Part shown: positions 20,484 through 30,776 of the stretch, one piece after another | How positions within the stretch are numbered: the first letter of the stretch is position 1 | Layout of the letters: each line of letters starts with the position of its first letter | Position numbers and translations under genes: made by a program | Origin: an uncultured Pseudomonadota bacterium | GTDB lineage: Bacteria > Pseudomonadota > Alphaproteobacteria > JACZXZ01 | Direction of reading: 5' to 3' | DNA: 64,000 nucleotides | NCBI GenBank assembly: GCA_963749075.1 | Contig: CAVVLJ010000004.1 | Coordinates: 64,001 to 128,000 of the forward strand | The notes under the pieces: generated by a model | The model's input: only the letters and a program-made list of their open reading frames with translations | Told to the model about the DNA's origin: nothing | Database searches by the model: none

Positions 20484-22057
20484 TGGACCTCTCCCAGGAC
20501 CGCAAGGGCCGGCCCGCCGCGAACGAGCCGGCGGCATCGCGGCCCACCATCAGCGGCAACCGCGGCCTCCGCATCGAGGAGCCGCTCATCTTCGAGCAGG
20601 GCCAGGAGGGCCGCAGCGGCGTCGACCTGCCGGCGCCGCAGCGCCATGCCCAGCACTTGGGCGCCATGCGGCGCGCCGGCCCCATCGGGCTTCCCGGCCT
20701 CTCCGAGCCCCAGGTGGTGCGCCACTTCACGCGGCTCAGCCAGAAGAACTACGGCATCGACAGCGGGCTCTACCCCCTCGGCTCCTGCACCATGAAGCAC
20801 AATCCGCGGCTCAACGAGAAGCTGGCGCGGCTCGCCGGCCTTGCCGATCTTCACCCGCTGCAGCCGGCGAGCACCGTGCAGGGTGCCCTTGCCCTCATCG
20901 ACAGCCTCGCCCATTGGCTCAAGACGCTCACCGGCATGCCGGCCGTGGCCCTCTCGCCCGCCGCCGGCGCCCACGGCGAGCTCTGCGGCATGATCGCCAT
21001 CCGTGCCGCACTCGAGGCGCGCGGCGAGACGGCGCGGCGGCGCGTGCTGGTGCCCGAATCGGCGCACGGCACCAATCCGGCGAGCGCTGCCGAATGCGGC
21101 TTCACGGTCGACCACATTCCGGCCAACGCCCGCGGCCGCGTCGATCTCGCCGCCTTCAAGGCCAAGCTCGGGCCGGACGTGGCGGCGCTCATGCTGACCA
21201 ATCCCAACACCTGCGGCCTCTTCGAGCCCGACATGCGCGAGATCGCCGCAGCACTCCATGCGAGCGGCGCCTATTTCTACTGCGACGGCGCCAACTTCAA
21301 CGCCATCGTCGGGCGCGTGCGCCCGGGCGACCTCGGCATCGACTGCATGCACATCAACCTGCACAAGACCTTCTCAACGCCCCACGGCGGCGGCGGTCCC
21401 GGGAGCGGGCCGGTCGTCTTCTCCGCCTCCCTTGCCCCCCACGTGCCGTTCCCCTACGTGCTGCACGAGAGCGCGGGCTTCCGCCTCGTCGAGCACGGCG
21501 AGAGCGGCGGCGAGGCTGCTCTCGCCTTCGGCCGGCTCAAGACCTTCCACGGCCAGATGGGCATGTTCATCCGGGCGCTTGCCTACATGATGAGCCACGG
21601 CTCGGACGGCCTCGCCCAGGCCGCGGGCGACGCGGTGCTCAACGCCAACTACCTCTTGGCGCGGCTCGGGGACGTGCTGACGCCGGCCTTCGACGGCCCT
21701 TGCATGCACGAGGCCCTCTTCGACGACCGCTTCCTCAAGGAGAGTGGGGTCTCAACCCTCGATTTCGCCAAGGCGATGATCGACGAGGGCTTCCATCCCA
21801 TGACCATGTATTTCCCGCTCGTGGTGCATGGCGCCCTCCTCATGGAGCCGACCGAGACCGAGAGCCGCCAATCCCTCGACCAGTTCATCGCTGCGGTGCG
21901 GGGGCTGGCAGCGCGTGCGCGGGAGCCCGGCGGGGCCGCGGCGTTCCATGGCGCTCCCTACTTCACGCCGCGCCGCCGCCTCGACGAGACGGCCGCCGCG
22001 CGCAAGCCCGTGCTGCGCTGGCGGCCGCCGGCACCCGCGGCCCGGGCGGCGCAATAG
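20480..22057 (+). CDS. gcvPB: Glycine dehydrogenase subunit 2
   Basis: [36 protein letters not shown] (PLP lysine), MEPTETES. Confidence 0.97.
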   Translation: MMDLSQDRKGRPAANEPAASRPTISGNRGLRIEEPLIFEQGQEGRSGVDLPAPQRHAQHLGAMRRAGPIGLPGLSEPQVVRHFTRLSQKNYGIDSGLYPLGSCTMKHNPRLNEKLARLAGLADLHPLQPASTVQGALALIDSLAHWLKTLTGMPAVALSPAAGAHGELCGMIAIRAALEARGETARRRVLVPESAHGTNPASAAECGFTVDHIPANARGRVDLAAFKAKLGPDVAALMLTNPNTCGLFEPDMREIAAALHASGAYFYCDGANFNAIVGRVRPGDLGIDCMHINLHKTFSTPHGGGGPGSGPVVFSASLAPHVPFPYVLHESAGFRLVEHGESGGEAALAFGRLKTFHGQMGMFIRALAYMMSHGSDGLAQAAGDAVLNANYLLARLGDVLTPAFDGPCMHEALFDDRFLKESGVSTLDFAKAMIDEGFHPMTMYFPLVVHGALLMEPTETESRQSLDQFIAAVRGLAARAREPGGAAAFHGAPYFTPRRRLDETAAARKPVLRWRPPAPAARAAQ

Positions 22058-22305
22058 CGGCCGCAGGGTCGCCCGCTCTTTGCCGTATCATGAAGTGCTG
22101 TCGGACGGCCCCGCGGACGGCCCCGGGGCCGGCCAAATTCGGGCGAAACCCGCTCTTTCCAGAACGGCAGGAGCCTAGCGCATGCGGACGATGACGCGAG
22201 CCGACGCCACGGCGGCGGGCGCGGGCTTTACGGCGGCCTGCCAAGCGCTCTACCATCGCGCCAGCGATGATCGGCGGAAGGCCGCCCTAGCGCAGCTCAA
22301 GCGCC

Positions 22306-22974
22306 ATGTCGGCCGCGGCTGAGTACGCCTTGCGGCTCGGCGGCCAAGCGATGGGCGGCAGCCGTTCAAGGCCGCAGCCGGTGCTCCTCGTCGCGCGGGT
22401 GATTGCCGGCATGGATCAGGATTCGGACGAGGATTTGGTCGCGCGCACCGCAGTCGGCGACCGGGGGGCCTTCGAGATGCTCGTCGTGCGTCATACGCAG
22501 CGCAGCCTGCGCTTGGCCCAGCGCGTCTCGGGCAATGCCAGCGACGCGGAGGAGCTGGTGCAGGAGGCGTTCCTCAGGCTGTGGACCAAGGCGGACACCT
22601 GGCAGCCGGGGCGCGGCAAGTTCTCCACCTGGTTCTTCCGCATCCTCGTCAACCTCTGCCTCGACCGCAAGCGGCGGCCCGACATGCTGCCGCTCGAGAG
22701 TGCGGGCGAGCCGGTCGACCCGCGCCGCAGTGCCGTCGACACGATCTATCAGGACGAGCTCAGCCGCGGCATCGCGGCGGCCATGGGCGAGCTGCCGGAG
22801 CGCCAGCGCGCGGCGCTGGCACTCTGCTACTACGAGGAGATGAGCAATCTCGAGGCGGCCGAGGCGCTCTCGGTATCCGTCTCGGCGCTCGAGGCCCTCT
22901 TGGTCCGGGCGCGCCGCACGCTACGCACAAGGCTTGCGGCACTCGGGGCCCTCGGGCCCAAGGAGGGGGAATGA
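22306..22974 (+). CDS. ECF RNA polymerase sigma factor (start may be 22351 or 22411)
   Basis: DAEELVQEAFLRLW, FSTW..RI.VNLCLD, LPERQRAAL, region 4 HTH. Confidence 0.92.
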   Translation: MSAAAEYALRLGGQAMGGSRSRPQPVLLVARVIAGMDQDSDEDLVARTAVGDRGAFEMLVVRHTQRSLRLAQRVSGNASDAEELVQEAFLRLWTKADTWQPGRGKFSTWFFRILVNLCLDRKRRPDMLPLESAGEPVDPRRSAVDTIYQDELSRGIAAAMGELPERQRAALALCYYEEMSNLEAAEALSVSVSALEALLVRARRTLRTRLAALGALGPKEGE

Positions 22975-23399
22975 TCTTCGAGGAATTCATGTACTATCTC
23001 GACGCCTACGGGGCGTCGCTCGAGCGCTGGCCGCAGGAGCTGCGGCCGGCGGCATCGGCCTTCCTCGCGGCGTCCGCGGCGGCGGCGGCGGCGCAGGCCG
23101 AGACGGCGCGCCTCGATGCGCTGCTCGACCGGCTGGCACTCGGCCCCGGGCGCGAGAGCGAGACTCGCGTGCGCGCACGCACGCTGACGGGCGCCTCGCG
23201 TCCGCGCCGTGCCGTCGGGATCGCGCTGCGTGCCAATGCCGCGAGACTGTGGCCGCGCGCCGCCGTGCTTGCGCTCGTGGCGGTGCTCGGCATCATCGCG
23301 GGCTCGGTCGGGCTCGAGAGCCAGCAGACCGAGACCACGCCGCTCGACGTGGCGCAGCTCCACACCGATGAGTCGCCCTTCGAGGTCGCTGGCCTATGA
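22971..23399 (+). CDS. Putative transmembrane anti-sigma factor
   Basis: LDAYGA.LERWP N-terminus, one TM segment, ATGA overlap with the sigma gene. Confidence 0.75.
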   Translation: MIFEEFMYYLDAYGASLERWPQELRPAASAFLAASAAAAAAQAETARLDALLDRLALGPGRESETRVRARTLTGASRPRRAVGIALRANAARLWPRAAVLALVAVLGIIAGSVGLESQQTETTPLDVAQLHTDESPFEVAGL

Positions 23400-23845
23400 G
23401 CAACGGCCGCGCGAAGGGTTGGGTGCTGCAAGTCGCCCTCTTCGCCTCGCTTGCCATCAACCTCTTCGGCGCGGGCTATTTCGTGGCCCGGCTCTGGCAT
23501 CACCATCCGCCGCCGGGGCCGCCGGGGCCGATGATGCTTGCCGAGCGGCTGGCAGCACCCCTCCCCGCGGCGGACAAGGAAGTCCTCCTCTCGGCCTGGA
23601 AGGCCGATCAGCCCAAGCTCGCGAGCCTCAATGCCGAGCTGGTGGCGGCCCGGCGCGAGGTGCGCGCCAAGCTCAACGCCGAGCCCTTCGACCGCGCAGC
23701 GCTCGCCGCCGCCTTGTCGAATACGCGCGCGAAGCGCCTCGCCCTCGATGAGGAAATCCAGGGCATCATCGTCGATGCCGTGGCCAAGTTCTCGCCCGAG
23801 GGCCGCAAGCTCCTGTGGAGCAGGCCGCCGCCCCCGCCGCACTGA
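23396..23845 (+). CDS. Periplasmic heavy-metal sensor / Spy-CpxP-like protein
   Basis: SLAINLF..G anchor, helical body, AEPFDR and SPEGRK motifs. Confidence 0.75.
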   Translation: MSNGRAKGWVLQVALFASLAINLFGAGYFVARLWHHHPPPGPPGPMMLAERLAAPLPAADKEVLLSAWKADQPKLASLNAELVAARREVRAKLNAEPFDRAALAAALSNTRAKRLALDEEIQGIIVDAVAKFSPEGRKLLWSRPPPPPH

Positions 23846-23861
23846 CGGCGCCCGCCGGCGC

Positions 23862-24350
23862 TCAGTTGAGGCGCTGGGGCAGCTCGGCGATCGCGGAATC
23901 GACCAGTGCCGCGGCGCGGGCGCCGTCGAGATTGGCCGCGACCAGGCGGCGGGTGACCGCCACGGCGAGCGCCACCGCGAGCGCGCGCACCTCGTCGATC
24001 GCCTTGGCCTCCGCTTGCGCTATGCGCTCCATCGCCTGCTGCTCGCGCCGCTTGAGCGAGGCGGCAAGCTCGCCCTCGGCCTGGCGGCGGTTGCGCTCGG
24101 CCTCGGCACCGGCGTGGCGCAGGATCGCCTCGGCCTCGGCGAGCGCCTGGCTCTCCTTCTGCTGGTACTCGGCGAGGAGCGCCTCGGCATCGTCCTTGAG
24201 GCGCCGCGCCTCGTCGAGCTCCGCCTTGATGGTGGCGGCGCGAGCATCGAGGCCGCCCGCGACGCCGCGCTTGACCGGCTTCCAAACTCCCGCCACCAGG
24301 ATGACGAAGGCAACCGCGACCCAGATCTCCGGGTTCTTGAGGAGCTCCAT
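23862..24350 (-). CDS. atpF: F0 ATP synthase subunit b
   Basis: PEIWVAVAF anchor, LDARA..I..EL.EA coiled coil, AE..AIDEVR. Confidence 0.95.
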   Translation of the reverse strand: MELLKNPEIWVAVAFVILVAGVWKPVKRGVAGGLDARAATIKAELDEARRLKDDAEALLAEYQQKESQALAEAEAILRHAGAEAERNRRQAEGELAASLKRREQQAMERIAQAEAKAIDEVRALAVALAVAVTRRLVAANLDGARAAALVDSAIAELPQRLN

Positions 24351-24841
24351 CAGCGTCTCTCCCCCGTCTCCGCGGCGAGCGCCTCCGCCACGGCCGAGGG
24401 CGCTGCCTTGACGCCGATCAGCCGCTCGGTCGCCGCCTCGGCCGCCTCGCCGGCGATGCCGCGGATATTGGCGAGCGCCGTCTCGCGCGCGCCGGCGATG
24501 CGCGCCTCCGCGTCCTTGACGCGCTCGCCGAGCCTCAAGCCGAGCTCGGCATGGCGGGCGGCGGCCTCCGCCGCCATCTCGTCCGCCAGCTTGCGCAATG
24601 CCGCGCGCGCCCTCTCGTGCGCCCCTGCCAGGGCCGCCTCGTACTGCGCCAGAACCTCCGCCGCCTCGTCCCTGAGCGTGGCCGCGCGGTCGAGATCGCT
24701 CTCGATGCGGGCTTGCCGCGCCGCGAGGACGGCCGCCACCTTAGGCAGCGCCACCTTCCACAGGATGAAGAAGAGCGGCACGAAGGTGAGGACGAGCCAG
24801 AAGAGCTGGCTCGGGTAGCTGCTCGGGTCGAGCTGGGGCAT
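24350..24841 (-). CDS. F0 ATP synthase subunit b'
   Basis: MPQLDPSSYPSQLFWL, ALPKV..VL..R..RIESDL. Confidence 0.95.
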   Translation of the reverse strand: MPQLDPSSYPSQLFWLVLTFVPLFFILWKVALPKVAAVLAARQARIESDLDRAATLRDEAAEVLAQYEAALAGAHERARAALRKLADEMAAEAAARHAELGLRLGERVKDAEARIAGARETALANIRGIAGEAAEAATERLIGVKAAPSAVAEALAAETGERR

Positions 24842-24896
24842 GATGCCGTCTCCTTGCTGCGCCGCTACGATGCTCGGCCGGAGCGGCGCCGGCGCG

Positions 24897-25121
24897 CTAG
24901 CCGAACAGCACGACGAGGGCGATGACGAGCGCGTAGAGGGCGATGGCCTCGACGAGGGCGAAGCCGAGCATCGTCATGGTGAAGACGTCGCCGCGCGCCG
25001 CCGGGTTGCGGCCGACCGCGGTGATGAAGGCGGCGAAGATGCTGCCGATGCCGACACCCGAGCCGATCACGCCGATCACGGCCAGGCCCGCACCGATTAG
25101 CTTCGCGGCTGCGACTTCCAT
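24897..25121 (-). CDS. atpE: F0 ATP synthase subunit c
   Basis: AAKLIGAGLA, GSGVGIG, RNP, GFALVEAI. Confidence 0.97.
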   Translation of the reverse strand: MEVAAAKLIGAGLAVIGVIGSGVGIGSIFAAFITAVGRNPAARGDVFTMTMLGFALVEAIALYALVIALVVLFG

Positions 25122-25184
25122 CGTTCGCTCCTCTCGGTTGCTTTGGTTGCCTAGGGTTGATTGCCTGGAGCGTTGCCGCCCCGC

Positions 25185-25923
25185 TCAGTGGAGGTGGAGT
25201 GCGTCGTTGATGTAAAGGCAGGTCAGAATGGCGAACACGTAGGCCTGCAGAAAGGCGATGAGGAACTCGAGGCCGGAGAGCGCCACCACGAAGGCGAGCG
25301 GCAGCACGCCGGCGAACCCGAGGAGGAAGACGAAGCCCGCGAATACCTTGAGGAGCGTGTGCCCCGCCAGCATGTTGGCGAAGAGCCGCACCGAGAGGCT
25401 GATGGGCCGCGAGAGATAGGAGATGATCTCGATCGGGATGAGGAGCGGCCACAGCGCCGGCGACACGCCGGGCGGCACGAAGAAGCGCAGGAAGTGGAGC
25501 CCGTGGCGCGCGACGCCGAGGATCGTCACCCCGATGAAGACCGAGAGGGCGAGCGCAAAGGTGACGATGATGTGGCTCGTGAAGGCGAAGCTGAAGGGCA
25601 CCATGCCGAGGAGGTTGCCGAACAGGACGAACATGAAGATCGTGAAGACGATGGGGAAGTAGCGCTTGCCCTCGCCGCCGATCGTGTCGCGCAAGAGGCT
25701 GGCCACGAACTCGTAGGAGAGCTCCGCCATCGATTGCAGGCGCCCCGGCACGAGCGCCCGGGGCCGCGCGCCCAGAATGAGGAAGAGCGTGATCGCGGCA
25801 AGCGCCACCACCATCACGAGCGAGGAATTGGTGAACGAGAACGTCGAGCTTCCCGAGATGAAGCGGGATGATCGGCTCGATCTTGAACTGCTGGAGTGGG
25901 CTGTCGGTGCTGGCTGCCGCCAT
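25185..25923 (-). CDS. atpB: F0 ATP synthase subunit a (+1 frameshift near 25841, probably a sequencing error)
   Basis: SPLQQF.I N-terminus; removing one T gives LDVSFTNSS; RPISLSVRLFANM.AGH, LQAYVFAIL. Confidence 0.94.
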
Positions 25924-25935
25924 GTCGTCCCCGCC

Positions 25936-26301
25936 TCAGGCGTCCTCGTCGTCTTCGGCGGCCCCTCCGGCCGCGCTCCGCTCCCGCGGCTCCTTGCGGT
26001 AGCCGACCGTGCCCCCGAGCCCGCTCGTCAGCCGGAAGACGTTGAGCAGGCCCGCCGCCGACCCGAGCACGAAGAAGAGGATCAGCAGCCACGGCTTCGT
26101 GCCGAGCCAGCGGTCGAGCATGTAGCCGAGCGCCACGCCCACCACGAGAGCCGAGACCAGCTCGAGCCCGATGCGCCACGCCAGGCCCGCGCCGCCCGCC
26201 TCCGCCGCGTGACGCGCCGCGCCGCCGGCCCGCCGCCGCTGCGCCTCGCGCACGCGCGCATCGAGCGCTTCGAGGGAATGCGGAAGCTTGCGCTCGGTCA
26301 T
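25936..26301 (-). CDS. atpI: ATP synthase protein I (AtpI/AtpZ)
   Basis: ELVSAL.VG..LGY.LDRWLGT.PW...F..LG.AAG.LNV.R. Confidence 0.92.
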   Translation of the reverse strand: MTERKLPHSLEALDARVREAQRRRAGGAARHAAEAGGAGLAWRIGLELVSALVVGVALGYMLDRWLGTKPWLLILFFVLGSAAGLLNVFRLTSGLGGTVGYRKEPRERSAAGGAAEDDEDA

Positions 26302-26537
26302 GGCAAGCCGCCTGCCCGTGCCAAGTGGGATGCTGCCCCGCGGATTGCTCCGACCCCCCGTGCGGGACGGCTCGCGAGCCGATTTCGCGGGCGCACCTTA
26401 AGGAGCGGGTCCGGCCCTGTCAAGGCCGCGAAGCCGCGGCAAACTGGGCGATTTCCGCCCCCTCCGGCGGCAGCATCGGCCCTTATGTTGCCACCCTCGG
26501 TCGTGATAGATGTATGGCCTGCAAAAGAGCGAAATCT

Positions 26538-26864
26538 ATGTATAGCGAACAAGCTGCGGACCCGGTGTTAGTGCGCTTCCGCGCGGCCCTCGACGAGCTT
26601 TTTGGCGACCGCGTGGAGCGGGTCGTGCTGTTCGGCTCCCGTGCGCGAGGCGATGCGCGCCCGGACTCGGACTATGACGTAGCCCTTTTTCTCCACGATC
26701 TCGGTGCGGACCGGTGGCGGGAGCTGACGGCGTTGGCAACGATTACCGAGCCCATTTTGGAGGAGACCGGAGCGGTTCTTAATGTCCTTCCCCTTCGTGC
26801 CGGGCTGCATCGCGAGCGCACGCCGCTCATGCATGAAATCCGCCGTGAGGGCTTGGATTTATGA
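26538..26864 (+). CDS. Minimal nucleotidyltransferase (MNT) antitoxin
   Basis: VVLFGSRARGDARPDSDYD (GSX10DXD), EIRREG. Confidence 0.9.
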   Translation: MYSEQAADPVLVRFRAALDELFGDRVERVVLFGSRARGDARPDSDYDVALFLHDLGADRWRELTALATITEPILEETGAVLNVLPLRAGLHRERTPLMHEIRREGLDL

Positions 26865-27244
26865 CGCCGGAGGTTGCGGCCTACCTTGAAAAGGCCCGTG
26901 AGTGTCTCGCCAACGCGCAAAAGATCATTGCCATCGAGGTCGCAAGCGATGCTGCGCGCGCCGCATATTTAGCCGGCTTCCATGCGGCGCAGGCTTTCAT
27001 CTTCGCCAGTACGGGCAAGACGACGAAGACACATAGCGGCGTCCGCACGGAGTTTGCCCGCCTTGCGAGGTCGGATGCTCGTATCCCCAAGGATTTACCG
27101 ACATTTCTCGGGAAAGCATACGAGCTGAAATCCATTGCCGACTACGGCATCAGTCCGAATATCCGCGTTTCGCTCGGCGATGCGGAAAATGCCATCGAAA
27201 CGGCGGCCCGTTTTATCGAGTGTATTGCGGGCCTGCTGAAATAA
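26861..27244 (+). CDS. HEPN domain protein (UPF0332-like)
   Basis: A..AAY.AGFHAAQA, KTHSGV..EF, ADY; ATGA overlap with MNT. Confidence 0.88.
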   Translation: MTPEVAAYLEKARECLANAQKIIAIEVASDAARAAYLAGFHAAQAFIFASTGKTTKTHSGVRTEFARLARSDARIPKDLPTFLGKAYELKSIADYGISPNIRVSLGDAENAIETAARFIECIAGLLK

Positions 27245-27289
27245 CTCGATGTCCCCAGGCGCGCGACACGGCAAGAAACTCTGATCTTC

Positions 27290-30200
27290 TCACGCCGTCG
27301 CCCTGAGGCTGTCGGCGGCGGCGAGGTCGACGGAGACGAGCTGGCTCACGCCGCGCTCGGGCATGGTGACGCCGAACAGGCGGTCCATGCGCGCCATGGT
27401 CATGCGGTGGTGGGTGATGAGGAGGAAGCGCGTGGCCGAGGTGTGCGCGATCTCCTCGAGGAGCGAGCAGAAGCGGTCGACGTTGGCGTCGTCGAGCGGG
27501 GCGTCCACCTCGTCGAGCACGCAGATCGGCGCCGGGTTGGTGAGGAAGACGGCGAAGAGGAGGGCAAGTGCGGTGAGCGCCTGCTCGCCGCCCGAGAGGA
27601 GCGAGAGCACCTGCAGCTTCTTCCCCGGCGGGCTCGCCAGGATCTCGAGCCCGGCCTCGAGCGGGTCCACCGATTGCGTGAGCTCGAGATGCGCCCGCCC
27701 GCCGCCGAAGAGGCGGATGAAGAGCGCCGAGAAATGCTCGCTCGCCTGGGAGAAGGAGGCCATCAGGCGCTCGCGGCCCTCGCGGTTGAGCTCGGCGATG
27801 CCCTGGCGCAGCCGGGCGATGGCGCCCAGGAGATCGGCGCGCTCGCTCGCGAGCGAGGCGATCTGCTCCTCGACCTCGCGCGCCTCGGCCTCGGCGCGCA
27901 GGTTGACGGGTCCCATGTTCTCGCGCTCGCTCACCAGGCGCTGGAAGCGCATCTCGACGCGGCCGAGCTCGGGCGGCGCCTCGTCGGCCTTGAGCTCGGC
28001 AAGCGCCAGGCAGTCCTCCGGCGCGCAATCGAGCCGCTCGGCGATGCGCTCGGCGACCGCGGCGAGGGCAGCGCCGGCCGCCGCCACCGCGGCCTCGCGC
28101 CGCACGCGCTCCTCGCGCGCGGCATGGAGCTCGCGCTCGGCAAGCTTGAGCGCCTTGTCCGCCGCGGCCGCGGCGGTCTCACCTGACGCGAGCCGGTCGG
28201 CCGCCGCCTGGCGCCGGCCCTCGGCCTCGGCGATGCGGTCGAGGAGCTCGCCGCGCTCGCGCGCGATCTCGGCCGGCTTGGCGGCGAGCAGCGCCTCCTC
28301 GGCCTCGGCCGCATCGCGCCGCTCGGCGAGCTCGGCGAGCTGCCGGGCTGCTGCGGCTGTGCGCTGCTCCCAGGTGGCGGCCTCGCCGGCGATCGCCGCA
28401 AGGCGCTCGCGCCTGAGCGTGGCCTCGCCCGCGAGCCGGTCGTAGGCGCCCTGGCGCTCGCGCTGGCCGTTGCGCGTCTCGGCGAGACGGCTGCGCGCGC
28501 TCTCGAGCCGCCGGCGGGCCGCGGCAAGGTCGGGGAGGAGGGCGAGTGCCTCGCGCGTCTCGGCCGCCTCGCGCTCAGCCTCCGTCGTGGCGATGGCGAG
28601 CTCGGAGGCGCTTTCGGCGAGGGCGGCGAGGCGCGAGCTCTGTTGCGCCGCCTTGTGGGCGAGATGCCGCTCCGCCTCGCGCGCTCCGTTGAGCGCGGCT
28701 GCTGCCTCGCGCGCAAACTCGCGGGCGCGCCGCTCGGCGGCAAGTGCCGCGCGGGAGCGCCCTTCCGCCTCGGCCAGGCGGCCGCGCGCCGTCTCGAGCG
28801 CCGCCGTGGCCGCGGCGAGAAGGGGGCGGAGCTCTTCGAGCTGGTTCTTCTGGCCGAGCCGCTTGGCCGCTGCGGTGGCGGCACCTGCCGCGGCCGTGAA
28901 GCCGTCCCAGCGCCAGAGCGCGCCGTCCTTGGCGACGAGGCGCTGGCCCTGGGCGAGGCGCGCCATAAGGGCGGCACCGGTCGCATGGTCGGGCACCACG
29001 CCGATCTGCGCCAGTCGGCGGTCGAGGGCGGCGGGCGCGCGCACGTAGCGGGCGAGAGGCGTCGAGCCCGGGGGCAGGGAGGGCGCCTCGGCGAGCGGCG
29101 GCAGCGCCCGCCAGTGGCGCGGCGCTCCCTCGTCGAGGGGAGCGGCGAGGTCGTCGCCGAGCGCTGCACCGAGCGCCGTCTCGAAGCCGGGCTCGACGAC
29201 GACCGCATCGATGAGCGGCGGCCACATGCCGGGGTTGTCGGCTGCCAGGAGGTCGGCGAGCGCCTTCGCCTCTGCGGCGAGCTCGGCGCGCGCGGCCTCG
29301 GGTGCCTGCAGCGCCTCGCGGCAGGCGGCCTCGTCGGCCTTGGCGCTGGCGTGCGCGTCCTCCGCGGCCTGTGCCGCGAGGCCGCTCGTCTCGGCGCCGG
29401 CCTCGGCCGCCGCCACGGCCTTCAGCACCTCCTCGAGGGCGGCGGCGGCACCCGCCTCGGCCTCGATGCGCGCGCGCTCCGCGGCGATCTCCTCGCGGCG
29501 CTGGGCGAGCCGGGCGATACGGGCATCGAGCTCGGCGCGCCGTTCGCCAAGCGCCCGCTCGCGCGCCTCGCCTGCCGCGACCTCCTCGACCGCCCCATTG
29601 AGCGCGCTCTCGTCGGACGACAGCGCCGCGTTCGCCTCGGCGAGCGACGCTTCTGCCGCGGCCAGCGCCGCACCCTCGTCCGCTTGCGCCGCGGCGAGGG
29701 CGGCTGCCTCGCGCGCCAGGCGCTCGGACGCGGCAGCCGCGTCAGCCGCCAAGCTCTCCTCGCGCGCCCGATCGGCGGCGATCTGCGTGAGACGCTTGGC
29801 GGCGAGTGCCAGGGCCTCCTCGGTGCGGCGCTCCTCTGCCGCGAGCGCCTCGCGCGCCACCGCGTAGCGGTGAAGCTCCGCCGCCACCTCGGCCTCGGCG
29901 AGGCGCAGCGGCGGCAGCGCCGCCGCGGCATCGGCTTCCGCCGTGGCGGCGGCGGCCACCCGGCCGGTGAGCTCGGCCACGAGCTGCTCGGCCTCGCGGA
30001 AGAGCGCCTCTGCGGCCTCGACCTCGCCGCGCGCCGCTTGCCAGCGCAGGTGCAGCAGGACCGCCTCGGCGCGGCGGATGTGGTCCGAGAGGTTGCGGTA
30101 GCGGCTCGCCTGGCGCGCCTGGCGCTTGAGGCCCTGGAGCTGCGCTTCCATGGTCTGCAGCACGTCGTCGAGGCGCTCGAGGTTGGCGTCGGCGGCGCTC

Positions 30201-30754
30201 AAGCGCAGCTCCGCCTCGTGGCGGCGCGAGTGGAGGCCGGTGATGCCGGCTGCCTCCTCGAGGAGCGCCCGGCGGTCGGTCGGCTTGGCGTTGATGAGGG
30301 CGGCAATACGGCCCTGCCCGACGAGGGCGGTCGAGCGCGCGCCGGTTGCGGCATCGGCGAAGAGGAGCTGCACGTCTCGCGCGCGCACCTCGCGGCCGTT
30401 GACGCGGTAGCTCGAGCCCTGGCCGCGCTCGATGCGGCGCAGGATCTCGATCTCGTCGCCGTCGTTGAAGGCGGCGGGCGCCGAGCGCTCGCGGTTGTCG
30501 AGCAGCACCTGCACTTCGGCGATGTTGCGCGGCGGTCGGTCCTGGGTGCCGCCGAAGATGACGTCGTCCATCTCGCCGCCGCGCATCTGCTTGGCCGAGA
30601 CCTCGCCCATCACCCAGCGCAGCGCCTCGGAGACGTTCGACTTGCCGCAGCCGTTGGGGCCGACGATGCCGGTGAGGCCGGGTGCGACGACGAGCTCGGC
30701 CGGATCGACGAAGGACTTGAAGCCCGAGAGTCTCACGCGCGCGAAATGGAGCAA
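27290..30754 (-). CDS. smc: Chromosome segregation protein SMC
   Basis: GFKSF, Walker A GPNGCGKSN, long coiled coils, LSGGE signature, LDEVDAPLD. Confidence 0.97.
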   Translation of the reverse strand: MLHFARVRLSGFKSFVDPAELVVAPGLTGIVGPNGCGKSNVSEALRWVMGEVSAKQMRGGEMDDVIFGGTQDRPPRNIAEVQVLLDNRERSAPAAFNDGDEIEILRRIERGQGSSYRVNGREVRARDVQLLFADAATGARSTALVGQGRIAALINAKPTDRRALLEEAAGITGLHSRRHEAELRLSAADANLERLDDVLQTMEAQLQGLKRQARQASRYRNLSDHIRRAEAVLLHLRWQAARGEVEAAEALFREAEQLVAELTGRVAAAATAEADAAAALPPLRLAEAEVAAELHRYAVAREALAAEERRTEEALALAAKRLTQIAADRAREESLAADAAAASERLAREAAALAAAQADEGAALAAAEASLAEANAALSSDESALNGAVEEVAAGEARERALGERRAELDARIARLAQRREEIAAERARIEAEAGAAAALEEVLKAVAAAEAGAETSGLAAQAAEDAHASAKADEAACREALQAPEAARAELAAEAKALADLLAADNPGMWPPLIDAVVVEPGFETALGAALGDDLAAPLDEGAPRHWRALPPLAEAPSLPPGSTPLARYVRAPAALDRRLAQIGVVPDHATGAALMARLAQGQRLVAKDGALWRWDGFTAAAGAATAAAKRLGQKNQLEELRPLLAAATAALETARGRLAEAEGRSRAALAAERRAREFAREAAAALNGAREAERHLAHKAAQQSSRLAALAESASELAIATTEAEREAAETREALALLPDLAAARRRLESARSRLAETRNGQRERQGAYDRLAGEATLRRERLAAIAGEAATWEQRTAAAARQLAELAERRDAAEAEEALLAAKPAEIARERGELLDRIAEAEGRRQAAADRLASGETAAAAADKALKLAERELHAAREERVRREAAVAAAGAALAAVAERIAERLDCAPEDCLALAELKADEAPPELGRVEMRFQRLVSERENMGPVNLRAEAEAREVEEQIASLASERADLLGAIARLRQGIAELNREGRERLMASFSQASEHFSALFIRLFGGGRAHLELTQSVDPLEAGLEILASPPGKKLQVLSLLSGGEQALTALALLFAVFLTNPAPICVLDEVDAPLDDANVDRFCSLLEEIAHTSATRFLLITHHRMTMARMDRLFGVTMPERGVSQLVSVDLAAADSLRATA

Positions 30755-30776
30755 GGCTGCCGTCCCTGCCTGAGAG

